Shown here: piece after piece, positions 1 through 10,427 of the stretch
Layout: each line of letters begins with the position of its first letter
Position numbering within the stretch: the stretch's first letter is position 1
Assembly (NCBI GenBank): GCA_035292445.1
Contig: DATDQB010000010.1
Location: forward strand, 67,563-131,562
Length of the DNA: 64,000 bases
DNA from: Candidatus Omnitrophota bacterium
Lineage (GTDB): Bacteria; Omnitrophota; Gorgyraeia; Zapsychrales; Zapsychraceae
Direction: 5' to 3'
Made by a program: the position numbers and the translations under genes
The notes under the pieces: generated by a model
Databases searched by the model: none
The model's input: the letters and a program-made list of their open reading frames with translations, nothing else
Told to the model about the DNA's origin: nothing

Positions 1-274
1 AGTAATACCGAAATGAATCGATAAAAAAAAGATTGTTTGAATTGAACGTTAAACATAATCCCTGTTTTTGTGAATAGTTAATTGTGAATCGTAAATAGTA
101 CAAAACACAATGAACTATTAACAATTAACTATATACGATTAACTTTCTTGGGATTATGCATTGCTTCCAGGCAGGACATGGCCTGAATTACCGTGGCAGG
201 AATTTGAGTTAATTATAATACATTCTTAGGTAAGATGCTAATTTTTTTACTTATTATAAATATTATAGAATCCT

Positions 275-303
275 CCATAAAAAAACCCTTTTAAAAAGGG
301 TTT
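275..303 (-). terminator. intrinsic terminator (hairpin AACCCUUUU/AAAAGGGUU followed by 7 U on the minus strand)
   Basis: Perfect inverted repeat at about 284-302. On the minus strand it is followed by UUUUUUUAUGGAGG. It lies about 280 nt downstream of the trpF stop. Confidence 0.6.
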
Positions 304-470
304 AAAATAAAAAAGCCGATAAAAGTCAGCGTTGAGGTTTTCTCTCCTCAGTCGCCCTTCGGCAACCCAGCCACCATATCGCCTACTCACATAGCCCCAA
401 TCGGTTTAATTTGCCCATTATCATTAATGGGCCTTTGATGCTTTCGACAATTTAGGTCTGTGGTTTTGCG

Positions 471-490
471 TCCCCGGGTTTCCCCGGGTT
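471..490. repeat. exact tandem duplication of 10-mer tccccgggtt
   Basis: Read directly: tccccgggtt tccccgggtt at 471-490. Confidence 0.9.
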
Positions 491-587
491 TACCTTTATC
501 GGCTTAGTTGAAATATAACATATTAAGCATATACTCGCAAATATTTATCTTATTGATACATAACAAGTTACAAATTAAAAGAAAAAA

Positions 588-1199
588 TTAGCCATGGACG
601 GCTTCAAGGAAGGCGTTGACTTGGCGGGAATCTTTCCTGCCGGGCGATTCCTCCACCCCGCTTGAAACATCAACGGCAAAGGGTTGCACTATTTTAATGG
701 CTTCGGCAACATTGGCAGGGTTCAGGCCGCCGGAGAGAATGACGGGCCTGTCTAACCTTATGTCCTTCATTAGGTTCCAATCAAAGGCCTGTCCGCTTCC
801 GCCATATTCTTTTTCGGAAAGCGTATCAAAAAGATACGCATCCACCATATAGTCCTGGACAGAATTTAGATTAAACCTCTCACCAATTCTAAAGGCTTTG
901 ATGATCTTGTACTCCTTAAACCTCTTGCAGTAGATAGCGTCTTCTTCTCCGTGGAACTGAAGCGTGTGGATGCGCGTGAACTCGCAAATATCCTTGATCG
1001 CCCCCTCTTTGGCATTAACAAAAACCCCCACCGGTACGACAAATGGCGGCAACGCTTCGATGATCTTACGTGCTTTGCTGGGGGAAATATAACGGCCGGA
1101 TTTATTATAAAAGACAAACCCCAACGCCCATGCTCCGGCATAGGCCGCCTGCAACGCATTTTCTTTGTTGGTAATGCCGCAGATTTTGACACGAACCAT
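588..1199 (-). CDS. trpF: phosphoribosylanthranilate isomerase
   Basis: 203 aa. MVRVKICGIT N-terminus and overall PRAI (TIM-barrel) pattern. Last gene of the trpG-D-C-F run. Confidence 0.88.
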   Translation of the reverse strand: MVRVKICGITNKENALQAAYAGAWALGFVFYNKSGRYISPSKARKIIEALPPFVVPVGVFVNAKEGAIKDICEFTRIHTLQFHGEEDAIYCKRFKEYKIIKAFRIGERFNLNSVQDYMVDAYLFDTLSEKEYGGSGQAFDWNLMKDIRLDRPVILSGGLNPANVAEAIKIVQPFAVDVSSGVEESPGRKDSRQVNAFLEAVHG

Positions 1200-1261
1200 T
1201 TTGATACCTTTCCCGTACGGGCGGGGTTTCCCCGCCCTCTATGGGCGCGGAGACCGCGCCC

Positions 1262-2050
1262 CTACATCCCTTTCATTATTTCTTCTATTTTTTTTCCGAT
1301 ATCTTTCGAGCGCATGAACGTTTCCCCGATCAACACCGCGTGCGCGCCCATCTCCTTCAACGCTTCCACATCCTTATGCGTTTGAATGCCGCTTTCAGCC
1401 ACGATCGTCTTTCCCTTGGGAATCTTAGGGATCAGCTTCTCACACGTTTTAAGGTCAACCTCAAAAGTTTCTAGGTTTCTGTTATTGATCCCGATGATCT
1501 CCGCATCCATGGCCAAGGCGCGTTTTAATTCCTCTTCATCATGCACTTCCACCAGACAATCCAGGTCAATTTTCGTGGCCTCTTCATAGAATTCATTGAA
1601 CTTCTTATCCGTCAAGATGGCGACGATCAGTAGCACTGCGCTCGCGCCGTTATATCGCGCCTCATACAGCTGGCCACTATCGATAATAAAGTCTTTGGTC
1701 AAAACAGGCACATTAAATCCATCGCTGATTTGTTTCACGTAAGCAGGTTTCCCAAGAAAATATTTATCTTCTGTAAGAACAGAAATGGCGTCCGCGTGAT
1801 GCGCCACGTAAGTCTTGGCGATCGCCATGACGTCGAAATCTTCTCGGATAAGCCCCTGCGAAGGAGATGCTTTCTTGATCTCGGCGATCAAATTGATCCG
1901 GTTGGGTTGGGATATCTTTTGCTTAAAGAGCCGGTAACGGTTATAGGTGGTTGCCTCGAGCCGTTTTTTGATAGTGTCGTAGAAAGATCTGTTTTCTTGA
2001 ATGAACTTCTTTTTATGCTCAAGGATCTTTGTCAAATACTCAGCGGCCAC
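1262..2050 (-). CDS. trpC: indole-3-glycerol phosphate synthase
   Basis: 262 aa. IGPS motifs (IAEIKKASPS, GINNRNLETFEVD). Sits between trpD and trpF. Confidence 0.9.
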   Translation of the reverse strand: MAAEYLTKILEHKKKFIQENRSFYDTIKKRLEATTYNRYRLFKQKISQPNRINLIAEIKKASPSQGLIREDFDVMAIAKTYVAHHADAISVLTEDKYFLGKPAYVKQISDGFNVPVLTKDFIIDSGQLYEARYNGASAVLLIVAILTDKKFNEFYEEATKIDLDCLVEVHDEEELKRALAMDAEIIGINNRNLETFEVDLKTCEKLIPKIPKGKTIVAESGIQTHKDVEALKEMGAHAVLIGETFMRSKDIGKKIEEIMKGM

Positions 2051-3053
2051 GGTTGGTGAACTCCCTTAAGCTTTCGAGCTTTTCCATGGCCTTACCCATA
2101 TCGATGGACTCAGCGGCCTTTTTGATGCCTTCGTTGATCGAGCGAGCAACCTCGGCGACAAAAAGCCCGTAACCGGCGTTAAGGACCACGATGTCGCGCT
2201 TGGGCCCCTGTTGGCCGTTTAAAATATCCAGGGCGATCTGCAAGTTCGTGTTTAGGTCGCCGCCTTTAAGGTCTTGCGGGTCGGCCCTCTCAAAACCCAA
2301 TTCTTCCGGCGATATATCGTACGAGACGATCTCGTTCCCATCGAACTCGCCGATAAAGGTCTTGGCGGTCGTTGTGATCTCATCAAGCCCGTCACTGCCG
2401 TGGACGACCATGGCCCTTTTTAAACCTAGATTCTTAAGAACATGCGCCATCGGTTCCACCAGATCCCGGTTATACACGCCCATGATCTGATGGGTGGCGT
2501 TCGCCGGGTTCGTCAACGGCCCAAGAACGTTAAAGATCGTTTCCACTTTCAATTCCTTGCGGATGGGTGCCACGTTTTTCATCGCCGGATGCAATTTCTG
2601 CGCGAACAAAAATGCGATGCCCACTTCATCCAAGCATTCCTTCAAAAGCGCCTCTTCGACATTCAGATTGACCCCCAGCGCCTCCAGGATATCCGCGCTG
2701 CCGCAGCGGCTGGAAACGGAACGGTTGCCGTGCTTCGCAACGATCGCACCGGCACCGGATACGACCAGCGCCGCGATCGTTGAAATATTAAAGGTATGCA
2801 TCTTATCCCCGCCGGTCCCGCAGGTGTCCAGGATATTCTTATGCTTTGATTTGATGGGGATCACGAACCGCCGCATGATCCTCGCCGCGCCGGTTATCTC
2901 TTCAATACTGGGGCCCTTGGAGCGCAGCAATAAAAGGAATTGGGCGACGTCATCCTTGTCGGCCTCACCCGACATGATCTCCTGCATCACAGCCTCGATC
3001 TCTTTCTGGGTGAGGTTTTCCTGATTCTGTAATTTTTGGATGATGTTTTGCAT
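2040..3053 (-). CDS. trpD: anthranilate phosphoribosyltransferase
   Basis: 337 aa. DTCGTGGD and glycosyltransferase family 3 pattern. Overlaps trpC by 11 nt. Confidence 0.9.
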   Translation of the reverse strand: MQNIIQKLQNQENLTQKEIEAVMQEIMSGEADKDDVAQFLLLLRSKGPSIEEITGAARIMRRFVIPIKSKHKNILDTCGTGGDKMHTFNISTIAALVVSGAGAIVAKHGNRSVSSRCGSADILEALGVNLNVEEALLKECLDEVGIAFLFAQKLHPAMKNVAPIRKELKVETIFNVLGPLTNPANATHQIMGVYNRDLVEPMAHVLKNLGLKRAMVVHGSDGLDEITTTAKTFIGEFDGNEIVSYDISPEELGFERADPQDLKGGDLNTNLQIALDILNGQQGPKRDIVVLNAGYGLFVAEVARSINEGIKKAAESIDMGKAMEKLESLREFTNRGR

Positions 3054-3098
3054 GATAAAAATAATGATGTAGGGGCGTACGGCCGTACGCCCCTACGG
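3054..3098 (-). terminator. intra-operon terminator/attenuator-like hairpin between trpG and trpD
   Basis: 28-nt perfect GC-rich palindrome gtaggggcgtacggccgtacgcccctac (3069-3096). On the mRNA strand it is followed by AUCAUUAUUUUUAUC, immediately before the trpD ATG. Confidence 0.4.
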
Positions 3099-3667
<569 letters not shown>

Positions 3668-3668
<1 letters not shown>

Positions 3669-4930
3669 TATTCTTTTTCCCTGTATACAACAGCACCGAT
3701 TTTCTTGAGCTTTTCATCAATGTCTTCGTACCCGCGCTCCAAATGGTAAAGACGATGGATCTCTGTCCTTCCTTTGGCGGCCAGGCCGGCAATAAGCAAT
3801 GCGGCGGAAGCCCTCAAATCGGAGGCCATGACCGGCGCCCCATAAAGCTGTTTGACGCCCTGCACGATGGCGTTGGCGCCTTCTCGTTGAATATTAGCGC
3901 CCATACGGTTAAGCTCCGCGATATGGATAAACCTGTCCGGGAAAACTTTGTCTGTGATAATACTGATCCCTTTCGTCAATGAAAAAAGCGCCAAAAACTG
4001 CGCCTGCAGATCCGTCGGCAATCCCGGATAAGGATACGTCGTGATATTGACCGGCTTGATGACCCGCGCCGGCTTGACCTTAATGACGTCTTTGTCCTCA
4101 TATACTTTGATACCGGCTTCGTGCAATTTATCAACGACCGCCATTAAATGGGAAATGTTAGCGCCCTTTATCGTGATCGGATGGCGGGTGGCCGCGGACA
4201 AGAGAATGTAGGTCCCAGCTTCAATACGATCCGGGATGACTTTATAATGAACGCCTTTCAATTGCTTGACGCCGGTAATGACCAGCCGCGGGCTGCCCTT
4301 GCCCTTGATCTTGGCACCCATCAGCATCAGCATGTTCGTCAGATCCTCGATCTCCGGCTCACAGGCCGCCGATTCAATGACCGTTTCTCCTTTGGCCAGC
4401 GTTGCCGCCATCATGATATTGGCCGTCGCCAAAACAGATGAGCCGAATACACCGCCCAAATACACATGCGCGCCTCTTAAAGGCGTTGCCTTCGCCATCA
4501 CATAACCGCCTTCGACGTCCATCTTGGCCCCCAGCGCTTTCAGGCCCTTGATATGCAAATCGACCGGGCGAATGCCGATGACACACCCGCCGGGCAAGGA
4601 AACTTTAGCCTTTCCCAGTTTCGCCAACAGCGGCCCCAGAACGCAAAAGGACCCGCGCATGGTCGAAACCAGTTTATACTCCGCAATATGGCTAAGCTTT
4701 CCCCTCTGGCGGATGGTAACGGTATGGTTCTCGAATTCGATGAGCTTGCCCAACGATTTTAACAACCGGATCATCGTGTGGGTGTCCCGTAATCTGGGGA
4801 CGTTGCGGATGACAACAGCTTCTTCCGTCAAAAGCGACGCCGCCATGATCGGAAGAACGGAGTTTTTGGAACCGCTTATCTCGACTTCCCCTTTGAGAGG
4901 CTTTCCCCCTTCGATCACAAGTTTATCCAT
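3668..4930 (-). CDS. murA: UDP-N-acetylglucosamine 1-carboxyvinyltransferase
   Basis: 420 aa. EPSP-synthase fold; MDKLVIEGG start and the catalytic Cys in [15 protein letters not shown]. Confidence 0.92.
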
Positions 4931-4943
4931 TTAGGCGTTCCTT

Positions 4944-5783
4944 TTAATTGGTGGTGAATTCCTCAAATGTGAATGGGTGTATTGATTTCAAAACGCAAAT
5001 CGCAAAACGGTTCGTTTTTACGTAATCTCTGCCGAATTCGATGTGCCTGAACCGACGGAAATATTCATTGAGCTTATAAACCAGCTCGCTTTGGCCGTCC
5101 CAGATCTCGAAGATCAGCTTGCCGCTTTCCCTCATGACATTCGGTGTAAAAGCGAGTAGGTAGCGGACATAATCCAACCCGTCTTCTCCGCCTTCCAACG
5201 CGAGCCACGGCTCCTTCTGTACCTCTTTGGGCAGACGCGACAGATAATCGGTAGGGATATACGGCGGGTTCGAGATGACCAGATCGAACTTCTGTTCTTC
5301 CTTTAAAGGCTGCTGTAAAAAATAGCTCATGTCCTCGTTAGAAAATTTGATTCGCTCAAAAACGCGGTGGAAATGCGCGTTGCGCCGCGCCACATCAAGC
5401 GCGTCTCTGGAGATATCCAGCGCCGTTATCAAACAATCTGGAAAATGCTTGGCCAGGGCAATGGCGATGTTGCCGGAACCGGTGCCCAGATCCAGAACGG
5501 TCAACGTCTTCCCGCCGTACATCTTGTTCATGATATCAACCGCCGACTCGACCATCAGCTCTGTCTCGGGCCGCGGGATCAGCACGCGCGCGTCGACAAA
5601 AAGCTTAAACCCCATAAAATCCGCATGGCCGATGATGTATTGCAGCGGCTCTCCGTGGATACGGCGCGACTGCATCTGCTCAAAAAGTTGTTTCTGCTCA
5701 TCCGTCAACCCTCTTTTTTCTAGGTACAAATCCACCCGACGACATTTCAAAACTTCCATCAGCATTTGCTCTTCTTCGGTCAT
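4944..5783 (-). CDS. prmC: release factor glutamine N5-methyltransferase
   Basis: 279 aa. NPPY motif and SAM-binding LDLGTGSG. Immediately downstream of prfA in the classic prfA-prmC pairing. Confidence 0.9.
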   Translation of the reverse strand: MTEEEQMLMEVLKCRRVDLYLEKRGLTDEQKQLFEQMQSRRIHGEPLQYIIGHADFMGFKLFVDARVLIPRPETELMVESAVDIMNKMYGGKTLTVLDLGTGSGNIAIALAKHFPDCLITALDISRDALDVARRNAHFHRVFERIKFSNEDMSYFLQQPLKEEQKFDLVISNPPYIPTDYLSRLPKEVQKEPWLALEGGEDGLDYVRYLLAFTPNVMRESGKLIFEIWDGQSELVYKLNEYFRRFRHIEFGRDYVKTNRFAICVLKSIHPFTFEEFTTN

Positions 5784-6835
5784 GCCTGTTCCTTCTCGGC
5801 CGCTGCCATCAACGCATCGGTCAGCCCATCCAGGTCCCCGTCCAAAATGCTTTGTAATTGATGGCTGGTAAAACCGATGCGATGATCCGTGACGCGCCGA
5901 TCGGGGAAATTGTACGTGCGGATCTTCTCGCTGCGGTCTCCCGAGCCTATCTTGAGTTTGCGCTCCCGGTATTCCTTTTCATACTGCTCTTGCTTCATCT
6001 GATCATAAAGCCTGGCCCTTAAAACGCGCATGGCCTTGAGCCTGTTCTTCAGTTGAGAGCGTTCATCCTGACAGGTAACGACCAAACCTGTCGGAAGATG
6101 GGTGATACGGACCGCCGAATCGGTGGTGTTGACGCTCTGGCCGCCGGGCCCGGAAGAACGGTATATATCGATCTTCAGATCACTGGGCTCGATCTTGACC
6201 TCAATTTCCTCCGCCTCGAATAAGACAGCCACCGTTACCGCCGAGGTATGGATACGGCCCGAGGCCTCGGTCGTGGGCACGCGCTGCACCCGATGCGCCC
6301 CGCTTTCATATTTCAATCGGCTCTCAGCCCCCACGCCACTGATACTGAAAATGACTTCTTTAAAGCCTCCCGTATCGCTATGGGAGCTGCTGATGTGCTC
6401 GGCCTTCCAACCTTTTTTATCGGCGAACTTAGTGTACATGCGGTACAAATCGGCGGCAAAAAGGCTCGCCTCCTCCCCGCCGGTTCCCGCCCTGATTTCA
6501 ATGATCAAATTCTTGTTCGATCCCTGCTTCTTCGGGTTCACCAGGTCTTTCAGCTGCTCAAGAAGCTGCTTTTCGTTTTTCTGCAGCTCACTCAGTTCTT
6601 CTTTGGCCAGCTCCTCGAATTCACGGTCGTGCTTTTCTTTCAGTAACTTCTTTAACTCATCGATCTGCCTGACGGTTTTCTCATGTTCCTTGAAGGCCGC
6701 AACCAACGGTGTCAGATCCGAGTATTCTTTGGCAACCTGTTGGTACTTCGCCTTGTCGCCAATGACATCCGGATCGGCCAGAAGATTTTCGAGCTCATCA
6801 AAGCGCTCTTTCTGTTTAGCCAACTTCTCAAACAT
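5780..6835 (-). CDS. prfA: peptide chain release factor 1
   Basis: 351 aa. GGQ motif (SGPGGQSVNTTDSAVRITHLPTG) and RF1-type domain architecture. Confidence 0.95.
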   Translation of the reverse strand: MFEKLAKQKERFDELENLLADPDVIGDKAKYQQVAKEYSDLTPLVAAFKEHEKTVRQIDELKKLLKEKHDREFEELAKEELSELQKNEKQLLEQLKDLVNPKKQGSNKNLIIEIRAGTGGEEASLFAADLYRMYTKFADKKGWKAEHISSSHSDTGGFKEVIFSISGVGAESRLKYESGAHRVQRVPTTEASGRIHTSAVTVAVLFEAEEIEVKIEPSDLKIDIYRSSGPGGQSVNTTDSAVRITHLPTGLVVTCQDERSQLKNRLKAMRVLRARLYDQMKQEQYEKEYRERKLKIGSGDRSEKIRTYNFPDRRVTDHRIGFTSHQLQSILDGDLDGLTDALMAAAEKEQA

Positions 6836-6840
6836 GGATG

Positions 6841-7044
6841 TTATTTCGACTTTTTGTATCGTTTTTCAAAACGCTCGATACGCCCGCCTGCATCCACCAA
6901 CCTCTTCTCTCCGGTAAAGAACGGATGGCACGCGGCGCAAATTTCCACGCGGATATTCTGGGCTGTCGAGCGGGTATGGTACACCGCCCCGCAGGCGCAG
7001 GTAATGGTCGTTTCGCTGTAATCAGGATGAATCTTGTCTTTCAT
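6841..7044 (-). CDS. rpmE: 50S ribosomal protein L31
   Basis: 67 aa. MKDKIHPDY start and the CxxC...CxxC zinc ribbon. Confidence 0.9.
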   Translation of the reverse strand: MKDKIHPDYSETTITCACGAVYHTRSTAQNIRVEICAACHPFFTGEKRLVDAGGRIERFEKRYKKSK

Positions 7045-7059
7045 GTTACTACTCTCCTT

Positions 7060-8466
7060 TTATTTATTCATGTTGTCAAGAAACTCTCTGTTTGATTTAT
7101 ACTTGCTTATCTTGTCGATCAAAAGCTCCATGGCCTCGGCGGAATTCAGATCGTTAATGGCTTTACGCAAAAGCCAAACGCGCTGCAGATCCGACTCGGG
7201 CAGGAGCATTTCTTCATGGCGTGTGTTGGAGCGCTTGATGTCAATGGCCGGATAAATGCGCCGTTGAAATAGCGTGCGGTCCAATTGCAATTCCAAGTTA
7301 CCGGTTCCTTTGAACTCTTCAAAAATAACTTCGTCCATGCGGCTTCCGGTGTCCACAAGCGCGGTCGCGATGACCGTTAAGCTGCCGCCTTCTTCGACCG
7401 CCCGGGCGGAACCGAAAAAGCGCTTAGGCTTATGAAGGGCGTTACTATCCACACCGCCGGAAAGGATCTTTCCGCTGTGCGGCACAACAGTGTTGTAGGC
7501 CCGCGCCAAACGCGTGATGCTGTCCAAAAGAATGACGACATCGCGTTTATGCTCGACAAGGCGTTTGGCCTTCTCTAATACCATCTCCGCCACCTGAACG
7601 TGGCGCTCGGCCGGCTCATCGAAGGTGGAAGCGATAACCGTCCCCTTCACATGGCGCTGCATGTCCGTGACCTCTTCCGGTCGCTCATCGATCAAAAGAA
7701 CGATGAGGATAATGTCCGGATTGTTGGTCATCATCGAATTGGCTATTTTTTGAAGAAGGACCGTTTTACCGCTGTAAGGCTGCGCCACGATCAAGGCGCG
7801 CTGGCCCTTACCCAGCGGGGTCAAAAGGTCCATGATCCGCGTGGAAACCTCTTTCGGGTCGGTTTCCAAAAGGATCCGGTCTTTGGGATAGATCGGCGTT
7901 AAATTGTCAAAGAAGATCTTATCTTTGCAATGTTCCGGATTCTCAAAGTTAACCGCCTCAACCTTAAGAAGCGCGAAATATTTCTCGCCTTCTTTGGGCG
8001 GGCGGATGTGGCCGCTGACGCTATCGCCTGTTTTCAGATCGAACCGGCGAATCTGGGAAGGCGAAATATAAATATCATCCGGACACGGAAGATAATTATA
8101 ATTGGCGCTTCGTAAGAATCCAAACCCTTCCGGAAGGATCTCCAGCGTCCCTTCGCCGAACATAAGCCCCTGTTTTTCGGCCTGGCCCTGAAGGATCTTG
8201 AAGATAAGGTCCTGTTTCTTAAGAGAGCTGGCGCCATCTACACCCAAGCGCTTGGCCATTTTATTAAGCTCATCCATCCTCATCTCTTTTAACTTGGTGA
8301 TATCAAGCTGATCCTCACCCGTGGATGGGGCGTCTTTTTTGGACTCGGACTTCTTCTCTTTTTCTTCGGATTTAACTTTTTCTTTTTCCTCCGAAGCTTT
8401 CACTTCTTCTTCTTTTTCTTTTTCTTTTTCTGTTGATTTTTTTTCTTTAGTTACAGTTTTTGCCAT
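7060..8466 (-). CDS. rho: transcription termination factor Rho (with ~50-aa Lys/Glu-rich N-terminal extension)
   Basis: 468 aa. RNA-binding OB domain, Walker A ([10 protein letters not shown]) and a RecA-like ATPase core. The first ~55 residues are a KEKEKEEE low-complexity tract. Confidence 0.95.
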   Translation of the reverse strand: MAKTVTKEKKSTEKEKEKEEEVKASEEKEKVKSEEKEKKSESKKDAPSTGEDQLDITKLKEMRMDELNKMAKRLGVDGASSLKKQDLIFKILQGQAEKQGLMFGEGTLEILPEGFGFLRSANYNYLPCPDDIYISPSQIRRFDLKTGDSVSGHIRPPKEGEKYFALLKVEAVNFENPEHCKDKIFFDNLTPIYPKDRILLETDPKEVSTRIMDLLTPLGKGQRALIVAQPYSGKTVLLQKIANSMMTNNPDIILIVLLIDERPEEVTDMQRHVKGTVIASTFDEPAERHVQVAEMVLEKAKRLVEHKRDVVILLDSITRLARAYNTVVPHSGKILSGGVDSNALHKPKRFFGSARAVEEGGSLTVIATALVDTGSRMDEVIFEEFKGTGNLELQLDRTLFQRRIYPAIDIKRSNTRHEEMLLPESDLQRVWLLRKAINDLNSAEAMELLIDKISKYKSNREFLDNMNK

Positions 8467-9032
8467 AATGCGTTCACCTGTTTTTCTGTTTGATTTTTGG
8501 TTCCGTTGTTATCTATGATAAAATCCGCTAACCGGATTTTCGTTCGCAAAGGCATTTGGGCTTTAATCCGCCTTAAGGCCTCTGCTCGGCTGATGCCAAG
8601 TTTGCGCGTAGCACGCCTCAGCTGTATTGCTTGATTAGCTTTCACGACGACGACACAATCGGCTAATCTATCTAAACCCGCCTCAAAAAGAAGCGGGACC
8701 TCTAAAACGACTATTTTTGCGCGGTTCTTGTACCTTTTTAACTCCTCCTTGATAAGCTGTCCCACCCGCGGATGGACAATGGCCTCTAATTGTTTCAATT
8801 TTCTCTTACTGTTAAACACCGCGCCCGCCAATTTCTTGCGGTCGATTCTTTTCCCTTTTAAAATGTCTTTACCAAACACCCGGATAACGGAAGCATAACA
8901 AGCGCCCCGGGGTTCCAGCAATCGATGAGCGAGGCGGTCCGCATCAATGACTTTGGCGCCCTTTCGCCGGAAAATACCCGCAACCGACGATTTTCCCGTT
9001 GCTAAACTCCCCGTTAATCCGATAATAAGCAT
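8451..9032 (-). CDS. coaE: dephospho-CoA kinase
   Basis: 193 aa. [16 protein letters not shown]-loop typical of CoaE. Confidence 0.88.
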   Translation of the reverse strand: MLIIGLTGSLATGKSSVAGIFRRKGAKVIDADRLAHRLLEPRGACYASVIRVFGKDILKGKRIDRKKLAGAVFNSKRKLKQLEAIVHPRVGQLIKEELKRYKNRAKIVVLEVPLLFEAGLDRLADCVVVVKANQAIQLRRATRKLGISRAEALRRIKAQMPLRTKIRLADFIIDNNGTKNQTEKQVNALWQKL

Positions 9033-10426
9033 TGATAGGTTTTCTTATACGCTTCAGCTGAATCCTTCCATGGAAACCGCGATTTAAAGGCGTTGGCGAT
9101 GGCGTGTTCTAATTTGTCTTTATGCTTATACAGTTCACACGCACGGCGAACCGCCTTTAAAAACCCTTTTGTAGAATGTTGTGAAAAAACGATACCATTA
9201 CCCGTTTTGAAAGATTTATCGACCGGAACAACCGTATCCGCCAACCCGCCGGTCTCAAAAACAACCGGGACCGTTCCATAGTTCAAAGCGATCATCTGGC
9301 TTAAACCGCAAGGCTCATATGTCGAGGGCATCAAAAAGAAATCCCCGGCGGCATAAACCTGATGGGCCAGCACCTCGTCGAAATCAACGCAGACAGCCAA
9401 GCGGTCCTTGTGGCCTTGGGCCAGCGCCTTCAATTGCTCCTCGTAACGATGATCGCCAACCCCCTGGATCAAGATTTGAAGATCTTCTTTCATCAAATCC
9501 TTCATAACATCGATCATAAGATCGACCCCCTTTTGATGGGAAAGCCGCCCCACGCTGGCAAATAAAGGCGTGTTTTCTTTGACCGGCAACCCCAGCCGCT
9601 GTTGAAGCACGGATTTGTTGACCGCTTTCCCGTGCCCATAATTTCCCTTCCCATAGGTCTTGGCGATAAAACGGTCTTTGGCCGGGTCCCAAGTGTCATA
9701 ATCGATGCCGTTAAGAATACCGACAAGCTTACGGGATCTTTTCTTTAAGATCGCCTCCAACCCGCAGCCGAACTTTTTTGTCTGGATTTCTTTGGCATAG
9801 CGCGGGCTGACAGTGCTGATCCTATCGGCGTAGACGATGCCCGCTTTTAGAAAATTTCCTTTCCCGTGAAATTCAAAAACATCCGATGAAAATAGATCCT
9901 CTTTCAAACCCAACCAGGCAAACTTTTCTTTGTGGAAATGCCCCTGGTAAGCCAGATTATGGATCGTCAAAAGGGATTTTGTCTTTTTAAAGAACGGGTC
10001 TTTCTGATATTTCTCCTTTAAATAAACCGGTATGAGCGCCGCGTGCCAATCATGCGCGTGAATTATATCCGCCGGATGCCCCAAGGTTTTAAGCGCCTCG
10101 AAAACCTGGATATTGAAATGGTGGAACCGCTCAAGATTATCATGATACTCGCTGTGGCGGTCCCCATAGATTCCGTGGCGGTGGAAATAGGCCGTGCTTT
10201 CGATAAAATAAACGTCCACGCTTTGGCCGAGCTTCGTATGCGAAAGATGCGCGTTAACTTTCCTGATATTGAATTTCTCCCGCTCGATGCAGCCGTAGCC
10301 GGGTATGAATACATCCAGCTTTACGCCGATCTTCTCAAGCGCCAACGGCAGCGTCCCACAAACATCGCCCAGTCCGCCGGTCTTGGCAAAAGGGGCTACT
10401 TCCGCTGAGCAAAAGGCCACTCTCAT
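9014..10426 (-). CDS. glgA: glycogen synthase (ADP-glucose type, GT5)
   Basis: 470 aa. N-terminal KTGGLGDV motif and GT-B fold pattern. Confidence 0.88.
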   Translation of the reverse strand: MRVAFCSAEVAPFAKTGGLGDVCGTLPLALEKIGVKLDVFIPGYGCIEREKFNIRKVNAHLSHTKLGQSVDVYFIESTAYFHRHGIYGDRHSEYHDNLERFHHFNIQVFEALKTLGHPADIIHAHDWHAALIPVYLKEKYQKDPFFKKTKSLLTIHNLAYQGHFHKEKFAWLGLKEDLFSSDVFEFHGKGNFLKAGIVYADRISTVSPRYAKEIQTKKFGCGLEAILKKRSRKLVGILNGIDYDTWDPAKDRFIAKTYGKGNYGHGKAVNKSVLQQRLGLPVKENTPLFASVGRLSHQKGVDLMIDVMKDLMKEDLQILIQGVGDHRYEEQLKALAQGHKDRLAVCVDFDEVLAHQVYAAGDFFLMPSTYEPCGLSQMIALNYGTVPVVFETGGLADTVVPVDKSFKTGNGIVFSQHSTKGFLKAVRRACELYKHKDKLEHAIANAFKSRFPWKDSAEAYKKTYQCLLSD

Positions 10427-10427
10427 C

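Noticed and set aside
8290-8466. Repetitive GA-rich DNA (also 28740-28900 in infB and 20035-20115 in the acidic protein gene) considered as a CRISPR or other repeat array
   Set aside because: The repeats are short, imperfect and in frame inside ORFs, encoding KE-rich or VEP-rich low-complexity protein segments. There is no repeat-spacer periodicity and there are no cas genes.
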